Below are positions 1 to 10,139 of a DNA stretch of 64,000 nucleotides, piece by piece. The stretch is from an uncultured Nitrososphaeraceae archaeon (GTDB taxonomy: Archaea; Thermoproteota; Nitrososphaeria; Nitrososphaerales; Nitrososphaeraceae). The notes under the pieces are model-generated. The model was given only the letters and a program-made list of their open reading frames with translations. It ran no database searches and was not told where the DNA came from. The DNA lies in contig CAVSMN010000012.1 of assembly GCA_963729045.1 (NCBI GenBank), positions 64,001 through 128,000 of the forward strand, given 5' to 3'. The first letter of the stretch is position 1. Each line of letters opens with the position of its first letter. Position numbers and translations under genes: made by a program.

Positions 1-362
1 TATTTGTATCTAATTATTAAGAAATGGTATTCAAATTTTAAAGGAGACTACTATAATAAATGGCACCAATTCCTGGATTTACTTCTATGTATAAGAATAT
101 TGACTGTAATTGTTATTTATATTAGTAACTGAGTCATAATGACTGTCAGAATCCTATACCTGGTTATATCTTAACTTCTGATGGCAGTCTTTGACTGTCT
201 TTTAATGATCAAACTAAAAAATATGATTCATATCTTAATAAATTATATTGATTAGTCCATAAATTAAATATGTCAAAGTATAATGATATTTCAATAATCT
301 TAGCCATGATAATTTTTCTAAATCTCAGATAGAATGATATTCTGATTCAGATGGAATCAATC

Positions 363-950
363 CTAACTTAGCTTCTGAGTTTGTCTGACAAATTCATCCT
401 TAACTGTAGGCCATTCTTCTCTAATAATACTATAGCAAGCAGTATCTCTTATCCTCCCGTTTCGCATTATTTTGTGATTTCGCAAAATTCCATCCTGCTT
501 TCCTCCTATTCTTTCAATTGCTTTTCTTGATACTTGATTTAAGACATCAGTTCTAATCTCTACTGCTATGCAGTTTAGCTTTTCAAATGCGTATTGTAAC
601 ATCAAAAGTTTGGCCTCAGTATTTACAGGAGACCTGCGATAAGATTTTGCTATCCAGGTGTGGCCTATCTCTAGCCTATAATTTTGGTGATCAATATTAA
701 AAAATCTAGTTGTCCCAACTATGATTTTCAATTGCTTGTCTACTATAATGAAAGGTAAACTAGTATTATCATGTTTTATCATATTCTGCAAATAAATGGA
801 CATTTCTTCAATGCTCGGGAATGATGTGAATGGGTTTTTCCAGATTTCGCCGTCAGCAGCTGCGCTACATAAACCATTCAAATCATCAGATATGGGCGGA
901 CGAAGTACTACGTGACTGTGCTCCATAGTTATATCATGGACGTCTAGCAT
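363..950 (-). CDS. GNAT family N-acetyltransferase (RimJ/RimL-like)
   Basis: 195-aa ORF with motifs IVGTTRF, RLEIGHTW, VNTEAKLLMLQYAFE, SRKAIERIG and GRIRDT typical of this family. Confidence 0.9.
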   Translation of the reverse strand: MLDVHDITMEHSHVVLRPPISDDLNGLCSAAADGEIWKNPFTSFPSIEEMSIYLQNMIKHDNTSLPFIIVDKQLKIIVGTTRFFNIDHQNYRLEIGHTWIAKSYRRSPVNTEAKLLMLQYAFEKLNCIAVEIRTDVLNQVSRKAIERIGGKQDGILRNHKIMRNGRIRDTACYSIIREEWPTVKDEFVRQTQKLS

Positions 951-1765
951 ATACCTAACAAGATCAATAATTCATCCTTGCTTTATTAAATACAGTGCTA
1001 TTTCATATGATGATTAATTTTGTCGATCTGTAAACTCTATGGGTTTCACAATCAAATTCAACGATCTATTTTTTAAAATGGCATTATAAATAGACTATCA
1101 ACTAGAATATCAGTCTGTGGGTGGTCTGTTAGGCTGAATTTTGTCAGACAATGGATCTCATAGTACTTAAAAAACACCATTATTATAGCATTTTTATGAT
1201 TTTTAATAATATTGGGATAAAAAGATGTAAATTATGCTGATTATTATATCCTTTTTAGAAATATTTATACAATGATAATATTCCAAATATCTAAAAAGAT
1301 ACTTGAGACGTACGAGGTTTGTTTTGTGCCGTTCATCCATATACGCGAAGGGAGGTGAACTAATGTTATATAAGCAGATACTTATCATGTACACATATAT
1401 AAATGGATAATTCATTATGTTTTGGTATGCCATAGTGTCGCTTTTATATATCCGTAGAACAAATTGACTGGTGATTCTATACTTGGAATATATTCATAAC
1501 TACTTAAAAGTAAACTTTTGCTCTGACTAACGTGCTTTGATTATATACACTTGTGCTTGATATACAATATTAATTATCCATATCGGGTCAAAATAACATA
1601 GTATCATTGTTTTCTTTCAATCAGATAGTCTCTAGACAGCAATGATGAATGTCACGCTTTAGTTTTAGGACAGATTCGAGGATGCAATATTCCGCTTCAA
1701 TCTGTTGATCTTAAGAATTTTCGACGAGCCTCGGTAAGAACTGGAATTAATTATTGTGATTGGAG

Positions 1766-1790
1766 AATATTTCATAGAAACAGTATTATA
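1766..1790 (+). repeat. 25-bp direct repeat, left copy (putative att site) AATATTTCATAGAAACAGTATTATA
   Basis: Exact match to 9546-9570; flanks differ on both sides. Confidence 0.85.
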
Positions 1791-2166
1791 AAAAGGATAA
1801 GATGTATATAAACTTCTAAATATCTAGGATACACATTTTTTCTTTAACCTTAGATGAATAGTTCGTGATTATTACCTTTTCAATATGACCGTGAAATTTT
1901 TATACAAATCTCTTCAACTGCTTTTTGAGAAACATCCATCTTTGGGGTTCTTTTATCATAATAAAGTAAGTTAGTGATATGATTTATAATAACAATACCC
2001 TTTTAAATACATAAATTTACATAGAATCGTATTTGTCTATTAAATCATAAAAATTTGACGAGTTAGATATAATTTCCTTAAAACTTTTGTATATTTGTTT
2101 AGCATAATAGTCTAGTAATATCTAGTTGAAAACCCGTTTTATATATAAAATGATATTAGAATTCTA

Positions 2167-2731
2167 ATGATTAAGTTTACTATCATGATGGCCATCCTTT
2201 TGGCATCAGTAAGCCTCTATGGCGCAAACGTGGGATCAATATATGCCCAGAACAACGCCTTGAGTCAAAGTGGAAATTCAGAAGCAGAACAGACAATTGA
2301 ACAGTCACAAGCATCCGAACAAGATTCACAATGTGTATCAGGCGACATTACCGCTCTTATCATGTAACAATCTTGGTTTCCAAGTGCAAAGAAATGGTGA
2401 TGATGACGGCATGGAGGAGAAACCACCGGTACCACCAGGTGATAGATGTCCAGATGACTACGTATGGGACATAACAATACGCGGGACAGCAGATCGAGGT
2501 GGTGTTCCAGTTGGAACTGTAATATGTCTGACCCAAGGACTTGGCAATCATCTAGCAACCGTAGTTGAACCGAACGAACAACCGTACCAAACTAATGTAA
2601 ATACAAACCAGCCAGATGTAGCCAATTGTAATGCTCCAGGACAGCAGCGTGCTGAAGTAACATCAGGAGATCCTCCTACTCCACTAGAGATGGGTGACCC
2701 AGTCTGTGCAACTGTGTCCTCTCCCGCCTGA
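2167..2731 (+). CDS. Secreted Gln/Asn/Ser-rich, 6-Cys protein (one +1 frameshift near 2358)
   Basis: ORF 2167 (signal peptide, then QNNALSQSGNSEAEQTIEQSQASEQDSQCVSGDITAL) joins ORF 2270 (SCNNLGFQ...) if one base is removed; TATA-like TTTATATATAAAA at ~2138-2149; T-tract follows the stop. Confidence 0.7.
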
Positions 2732-2764
2732 GGATTAATTAGAATAAATTAATCAAAAAATCAA

Positions 2765-2779
2765 TTTTTCTTTTTTTTT
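2765..2779 (+). terminator. Oligo-T archaeal terminator
   Basis: TTTTTCTTTTTTTTT about 35 bp after the stop at 2731. Confidence 0.5.
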
Positions 2780-3360
2780 AATATTAACCAGCAAGCAATT
2801 TCTATCAGTCATTTCCAATTTTAGTCATGTTGAGTCAAGATAAGTCAAAATTATCTTAGATAATATCTGATAAACTCTAGATTTTCATGGAGATAGGGCG
2901 GCCAAGATGCTGATCGACTCAGAATCTTCCATGTCTTTTCTTTTTCTTTTTGTCTTGTTTTGCAGAATCAAAAACTGATAGGTAGGATCAAGAAGTACCC
3001 TGGGAAGATTTCTAAAACTAATATTGATTTATTATACTTCATCGAGTGAGCATATCGGAAACAGTTCCAGTTCCATTAATATTGTTGCGGCCGCATCTCT
3101 CAAACTCAACTTCAATATTTCTAATTTGTGAATATGTAGATCCTCAAAAGTGATAGTTGAGATGTGCCGTCGCCAAATTATTCATAAAATCGTTCGAATA
3201 TTTTTGATATTCTTAATCCCCAAAATCTTGTCATTAATCTCTTCAAATATAGGTTGAATTTGCAAATGAATCTTGAAAATATTACACGTTATTCATAAAG
3301 TTAAAGTTAAAGTATAACATACTAATGGAACTTAAATAGTAGAAAGTTCTATGGAAATTA

Positions 3361-3607
3361 ATGAATTCACAAACATTCGCAATCGGGATGATTGCAATAA
3401 CGGCTTTTATGCTGGTAGTAAGTAGTTTCGTTTCATCAGAGGCCATGGCTGTTAAGAACGGCGAAGGCGTAACCACAGAATCATGCGTACACAATGGAAA
3501 TGGAGACAGTTCTGATGGAGGCATGCGAAGGCAAAGGTAAGAGCTCACAGACAATAGAAGAGACAGTTTATAAGTGTAAAGGAAAATTCCAGAGCGATCC
3601 CTGTTAA
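3361..3607 (+). CDS. Small secreted 4-Cys protein (~81 aa; one +1 frameshift near 3520); not in ORF track
   Basis: MNSQTFAIGMIAITAFMLVVSSFVSSEAMA signal, then VKNGEGVTTESCVHNGNGDSSDG / ACEGKGKSSQTIEETVYKCKGKFQSDPC*; T-tract after the stop. Confidence 0.65.
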
Positions 3608-4202
3608 TATAAATTAGACCCACAATTTTTTTTTATCAAAAATGATAACAATCCTATAAATTGGATAATTGATTGATGTTTTATATTACCAACTAGAATC
3701 CTAAAAACCATTCTAAGGTAAGAAAGACCTGGAGGTAGATAACCGTCCTTTGAGATACTATAATGAGAAGGCAGGTAAATAATTTCTAATAATATAAAAA
3801 GTATTCTATAGTGGATAATATGTATATAAAATTTTCAGGATGAGTCTCCCTCGCTTATCCTTTGCATTTTAGCCGTCGCCAAACTTTTCACAACAGTATT
3901 CAAATGCCAATTTGTTGATTTTTAAATCGGATAGGTGAAAATATTTGATCACTACTCTTTAAGAAGATGATTTCATACATATTATACAGTTGATAGGTTT
4001 CATATTGTTTTTGTGTATAAATGGATGTCATTATCAATAGCATACCTTTCAAATACAGGACTCTAGATGTCTGGGCGGCCGCTTCAAAGAGTCTAGGCAT
4101 CTCAAGTTGTTTTCGGGATACGAATATATTTGATAAAACGGGAGAAATAGGCACAAATATTGATTTCGGTCTATATAGGCTGATTTAAACGAACTGAAGA
4201 AG

Positions 4203-5290
4203 ATGGCAGCATCAAGGAAAAATAATACTATAAAGCATGGAGGGGTTTTAAAGACACAAATCATACCCAAACCGATAGAAGCTTTTCAAACCCCAGAAGA
4301 CATGGTAACAGACCTATTAAAACAGAACTCTAACGGAATTCTTAACAAAAGAATACAAGAGTTTTGTGGAATACATTGCGAAAGAAAATCTATCTAACCA
4401 TTATCCTACCTCTAAAGATATTAAACTCCACTTTAAACTTGGAAAAGACTATACTAAACATGTAATTGCTGAACTTAGGAGGTATGCCTACCTAGATTCA
4501 CATAGCGAAAAAGAAGCGAAGACTCGACCAACTAATTTTATCTAATCTTTTGGTCGATTCATCAAAAGGATCCACAAAAAATATCGTTTCGCCAGAACAA
4601 ATGGCTTTTCAATTGCAAATAATAAAGGATTTCATTGAGGAAGGTAATTACTTACTCCATAACATTAGGCTTGACACAGAACTTAAAGACCGAAAATATT
4701 ATCATAACTTTCAATGGCCGATTAGAAGTATGAAGAATAGAGCAAAAGTCAAAGAAATGAACATCTCGCCCGCCGTTCATGCATTTATGTCGATAAATCC
4801 TACTGGGACTGTAAACATAATACTAGCCTGTTCAAGAAATCCTTTTGATTTGACGACGCCTGAAGGAGTCACCAATTTTCAAGCAGCATGCGGAGAAGTA
4901 CATTCAATATTGAAAGCTGATTTATGTATGAATGAACCATTGATAAGCGCACCGTCCGACTGGGAACTCTCACACTGTGATATTTCAGTTGATATTCCAA
5001 TAAAGTTACTACAAAAGGAGATTAATGGCTCAATAAAAACCGATGGAGCCAGCCAAGTTCACTGGAATTTTGGAGGAGGGATGCAACTAAAGCATTTATC
5101 TTATATATACCAATTTTATGACAAAACTACATTTAACGGTAATGTATTTCGATTAGAAGAAAAGATATCTTTTTCTCCTTCCAATAGATTAAAGCTTAAG
5201 AGAACTTGAAAAGAAATTCGTTTCGAAGGGTATCCAGGATGAGATAGAATCGACTCGGAATTAAAGACCTCGAGGAGGAAACGTGAATGT
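4203..5290 (+). CDS. Putative N-terminal wHTH plus Rep_trans-like replication initiator/relaxase (frameshifted; both ends uncertain)
   Basis: ORFs 4203 and 4550 join through +1 shifts near 4363 and 4513 via YPTSKDIKLHFKLGKDYTKHVIAELRRYAYL (HTH-like); C-terminal half has WELSHCDISVD, YQFYDK and FRLEEK, echoing Rep_trans RxDxAxD, RIYxK and RxE. Confidence 0.5.
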
Positions 5291-5378
5291 AAAATTCCTG
5301 CGTGGCCAACAGACTCCTGATGTGAAATACACAACAGATGTTAGACCTTTATCCAATAAAGTTAAATGATTCAACGAC

Positions 5379-5712
5379 AGGAAACGCTCGACTTTCATAA
5401 GCGATGGCGCCCCCAACTTTCACATAACCTACAAAAAAGAATTTCAAACTCATACATTGCCAAGAACAAGACATATCCGATACATACTAGTGACAGGCTG
5501 ACCACAACAAAATGGAAAGAATGGAAAAATTAGAGACAGGGAAAAAACCATGCGAGGGTTAAAGAAACCTGACACACCGATACTCAAAGGGTTAAGAATT
5601 TATCATAACTTCATTAGGGGTCATGAAGCCTTAGGAAAACGCCTGCTTAAAACTGCGGTATAAGGATAGAAGGACAGAACAAATGTAAGACTTTAAGTTG
5701 AGAATGCTTCAA
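5379..5712 (+). pseudogene. Degraded C-terminal fragment of a DDE transposase (IS6/IS240-like archaeal type)
   Basis: Translates in shifting frames as TFISDGAPNFH...HNKMER..GKIRDREKTMRGLKKPDTPILKGLRIYHNFIRGHEALGK.TPA*NCGIRIEGQNK; has in-frame stops and deletions; N-terminus absent. Confidence 0.75.
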
Positions 5713-6496
5713 ACGAAAATATTCATTAAAATTTGATATGGTTCACTCCGAAAATTAGAACGAAAGCAAGAAGAATACTGATTGAGGCGATAGAAAAAAG
5801 CAAGAATTTCTGACCCCATTTAATTCCATTTGCTTTTTCCAAGTTTTTATCATCAATATCTTTTAAACTTAACAAATACATATCTATCATTCTTTTGGCG
5901 AAATTGTCTTTTGAAGCATTAATGAAGTTATCAACAACATTTTTTACAATAGTAGATTGACCGGGTTGGAAGAAAACACCATGAGTAAGCGGATATTGAT
6001 GATATGCTTGATCGTCTGGGAGTACAAGATATAGAGGAAAATTAGTTAAATACTACTATAAAGTGATGAATCTTATATTCCTTATAGTATGAGAAAAGAT
6101 TATCTCAAATCATTCCAATGGTAAAGTAGATTCTATCATACAGGGACTTTATGAATCAAAGGACCGAGACCATAAGATGGTTTATAATGGTATTTTATAC
6201 CAATTCAAGGTTTTGGATAAGTATGTATAGGACAAACGGGGGAAAATTTCTTATAGGATCGCCACACGGAACAACAGAAAAGCTGCAAGAACAAACACTC
6301 CTAATAGTTATCATCAAAAAATCAAAACTATGGAAAAATATGAATATGAATAATTGGTACGCATATTCAACCACGATAAAGAGATTATATAAGTATTCTA
6401 TAATATTCAATAAATGTCAATCATTTCTATTAATACGCAATAAAACGACCCATCAATGGTAAAAGCGTAAATATTAGGAGAATGTATCCGGGTTAA

Positions 6497-7737
6497 ATGT
6501 TAGAAAACGTTTTCAATCAAAATTCTTTTAAAGTTAGACTAAAAAATCTATTCCCTAATAGAGAAGGTAATACGCTCTTTCTGACCAAAATGGTACTAGG
6601 AGCAGTCCTATTGTCTGGACTAATAAGCATTTCATCGTACGCTTCTTTCGCAAATGCAACTACGAATGCAACTACAATTGACACGAACAAGATAATCACT
6701 GGTGACACAGAGGAATATAGGATATTTGAAGGTCAGGAACCTACGCTTCAACCATCAGATGTGGGCATTGCAAACCAATCCAATGCCAGGTACCTTTGAG
6801 TGGTGGTACTTTCAGGGAAAATTAGATGATAATTCAACAACCCAAATTACATTACTTGTAAAGCCTTGGGTTGACAACAATGGGCCGCTTCAGCCCTACG
6901 CCACTATAGCCATTACAACTCCTAATGGTACGCATTTAGGGGGAGAGACGAAGGTAGATGCTACCCAATTCAGGGCTGCACACAATACATTAAACGTAAC
7001 GATGGGTGATATCTGGGCTCGTGGTGATTTGAACACCGTTAATTTGCACTTTCCACCGACGGAGAATGGAGTTGGGGCTGACCTAGTTTTTAAAAGTGCC
7101 GCTCCAGCCACAAATTTTGGCAGTGGTATATGGTATTTCGACCAATCGCTGACACGATTCAGCGCTACGAATAATCCAATGCCCTTTGCTAAAGTTCAGG
7201 GTAACTTGACCTACGGCGGCGAGTCTCACCCAGTAAATGGAACAGGGTATATAGACAAGCAGTGGGGGACAGTCAACTGGAACCAGGACTATGACGGCTG
7301 GTACTGGTCAACTGGTCATTATGGAAACTACACTATAGACCTGTTTGAACTGACCACTTCAGCGCCATTTAACCATCAGAAAACCGTGGATGCCTATTTG
7401 GCCAAAGGAAATGGGCCAAGTGAGGTCTTAGTCGAAACTATGCAGGGCGTTACTGCACACACATCAGGGAAAAACTTTACTTCTCCTTCAGGGGTACATA
7501 CATACCCAGAAGTACTAACATTACAATGGAAGAACGGCTCAAATTCAGCAACTCTGACTCTTACTAATCCTACAATCATTGCACACCCACCCACCATTGT
7601 TAATACTAATGCAACCATATACGGAACCCCTGAATATATGCGGATAGCAGGGTAAAGGTACACTTAATGTGCAGTGGAATGGGACCAACGAAACAGCAAG
7701 CGCCCCTGCAATCTGGGAGGTCAGTTATCTGCACTAA
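6497..7737 (+). CDS. Secreted CrtC/AttH-like (hydroxyneurosporene synthase/tocopherol cyclase-like lipocalin fold) protein; two +1 frameshifts near 6763 and 7651
   Basis: Hydrophobic N-terminal signal; EWWYFQG, GTGYIDKQWG and GWYW motifs; after removing the extra G bases it ends GKGTLNVQWNGTNETASAPAIWEVSYLH*. Confidence 0.7.
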
Positions 7738-8219
7738 GAACCTATCCTATCCTATTCCAAAATTATCTTTCTATAGATTTTATACAACAAGCGAAGAGAT
7801 CTGTACCTACCCAGGATAGTATGACTGGAGTGTTCTCAATCGTTCAAGCCTGTTGATATGCTTTCAAGCAATAACGGTATTTGCTCCGATAAAATTTATG
7901 GATGACCGAATTACTGAACCACATTTAACTAAATATGGTCTAGTTACAAATTTGCTACTCGACTCGGAAGATGTGTAACAACCAACCACAAAATAATGTA
8001 ATGAGTTGTTAGAAAGATAGCTACTATACTCATATTTCACTATAGTTCCTAGTGTCGAATATGATAGGATTGTGAAATGCGCCAACTAAGGTTTATATCC
8101 CATAGCATTTGCTCAAATAATAATTAAAAATAGATCTCTACGTCACCTTTTAAGAGGCCGTGATGGTATTTATCATTATGAAATAGTATTTGATCCTAGT
8201 AGAATTTCCACCTAATTGG

Positions 8220-9499
8220 CTATTCATCCATACCCCAAAGCATTCTGAAAGTTTTCTGCTGCTCAGGTTCAAGTAACTTTAAGAATTTCTCTCTATCATG
8301 TTGTGCTCGTTCAAATTTTGCATCAAGATTCTCGAGTCTATTAGCTAGTCTCTCAAACATGGTGTTATATCGTGAAAGTTTACTAGTCAAGCGAAATTCG
8401 TTACTAATAGTTAGATTGTCAATGGCCTTCAAATACTCTTGTAGAATCTCTGCCATCTGAAGGCTTGTAATATGCTGAGTCTAATCCTACACTATGACCG
8501 ACTAACATTTCCCTAATTGTTTTATCGATTTTTGACCTTTGCATGTTTGTGATAGCAAAGATTCTAAAGGAATGACATGGATGTAACTCATTCTTATGGG
8601 AGGCTCTGTAAACAGAAGAATTTTCAGTAAGAATCCATTCCTTTCTTAGATTCAATTTCTTGAGCTTTTTTACAATGTAAACGCACGGAGCCCCACTGCT
8701 GACATAGGCTCCTTGTGTAACTCACTATTTGAAGGCAATATTGGATTCATCTATATCAAATAATTTTGTAAAGAGATAAGTACTCATCAGGTCCCCAGTT
8801 TCCTGTATTCAAATCCTGAACTAAGGATTTATCAACTTTTTTTCTATAAGAGAGATAATTGTCAATGGCTTTAGCACATTCAGGGGTACAAAATGTAAAG
8901 TAACTATCTTTTCTTGATGTCGCATAGACTTGAATTCTATACACATACTTTCCATCCTCCAAATCATATCTCTGTGAGGTGCCTCAGTTTTATCGAAGGA
9001 AGCGCCCCCACTCTCATCCCTGTTGAAGCCATCAACAACACAATTGCTTTTCCTCTCTCATCACACAACGAAGCAAAGATGAAATTTCATCATGAGTATA
9101 AGATTGATATTCATACTTGTTCTCCTGCTCTCCAAGGAAATTTGAAAGCTTTTTTCTATTGAAATTATGTCATTGATGTGAAAAAAAGTGATACAGGGCG
9201 GCCAAATGGACAGAAACTGTGGAATAGGATGACCCCGCATTTTTCATTTCAATTAATTGTTGGGTTATCTCCGATTCAATGACCTTGGGATTCTTTTCCA
9301 GAATTTCGTCCAGTGATTCTAGTGACTTATTAATGGGAAGCCGCAGATATTTCTGTAAACAGCCTTCATACTTTATCTGGGTATGTTTGGACCTTAGGGC
9401 GGAAATGAAGAGAGAATATGCTGGATGAGTTTTATAATTGGCTAAAAGCGGATTGATTGAGGCTGTCGAAACTGTTGAATTATCTAAACTTGTTGTCAA
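8220..9499 (-). CDS. Tyrosine recombinase/integrase, split by several frameshifts (errors or decay)
   Basis: Fragments give a core-binding N-terminus (YSTVSVHLAALYHFF), IVLLMASTGMRVGAL (catalytic R), HSFRIF (HxxR), EMLVGH and DSAYY (catalytic Y), plus a C-terminal coiled coil. Confidence 0.85.
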
Positions 9500-9545
9500 A
9501 GTCTGTTCTCCTTTTGAAAAGACGAGTCAGTTATTATATAGACGA

Positions 9546-9570
9546 AATATTTCATAGAAACAGTATTATA
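9546..9570 (+). repeat. 25-bp direct repeat, right copy (putative att site)
   Basis: Identical to 1766-1790; lies between the divergent integrase and NUDIX starts. Confidence 0.85.
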
Positions 9571-9609
9571 TTTATTACTTTACAATCTACGTAATTAGGA
9601 TAGAGAAGA

Positions 9610-10036
9610 GTGACGATAGAGCTATCAGTGGGTGCAATAATAAGATATCAATCTATTGAATTCAATAGAGAATCATTCTGAATTTCTCCTTTTGAGAAAT
9701 AAACGTGGATTTTGGGGATTTCCCCAAGGCCATAAAGAAAGAGGGGAAAATGAAATTCAGACATTGCAGAGAGAGGTGCAGGAAGAAACTGGAATAGTTG
9801 ATCTAGATATACACCAATACATAGGCAAGATTCAATACAAATACTTTAGAGCTGATGGAATTCGATCAGAGAAGGAAGTGAAATTTTATTTTGCAACTAC
9901 TCCAGTTAGAGAAGTCACTATATCAAATGAGCACGAAGGATTCAAATGGACAACTTATCAAGATGCGCTTTCGCTTCTCGACCACCGTCAACTGAAATCA
10001 ATAATCCTAAAAGGTAGAAGAAGAGGCCTTTATTAA
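9610..10036 (+). CDS. NUDIX hydrolase, Ap4A hydrolase-like (+1 frameshift near 9655)
   Basis: Nudix box GHKERGENEIQTLQREVQEETG; upstream frame GTG-TIELSVGAIIRY supplies the usual N-terminus. Confidence 0.85.
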
Positions 10037-10139
10037 TACACATATTTCGAAAGTTACTGTCCTACTCCGCATACTCTAAATGCTATGAAAATAATTTTAT
10101 ACCTACGTTTTATTAATAGAAGCGGATATAGATTAAAAA

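Larger units (their letters stand above)
1766..9570. mobile_element. ~7.8-kb integrated element (integrated plasmid or IME-like) with tyrosine integrase and Rep-like gene
   Basis: Bounded by perfect 25-bp direct repeats; integrase gene starts 47 bp from the right copy; only accessory genes inside; core genes resume immediately after. Confidence 0.75.

Noticed and set aside
1203..1433. 76-aa ORF
   Set aside because: Composition typical of random AT-rich DNA; no motif.
1620..1765. Remnant of a second integrase left of the att repeat (tandem elements)
   Set aside because: Only a few residues of resemblance; no alignable nucleotide similarity to 9400-9545.
5750..6460. Minus-strand open stretch (LTNFPLYLVLPDDQAYHQ...KANGIKWGQKFLL) and ORFs 6151 and 6195
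   Set aside because: May be a broken membrane-protein gene, but it has no clear start or family motif and cannot be supported.
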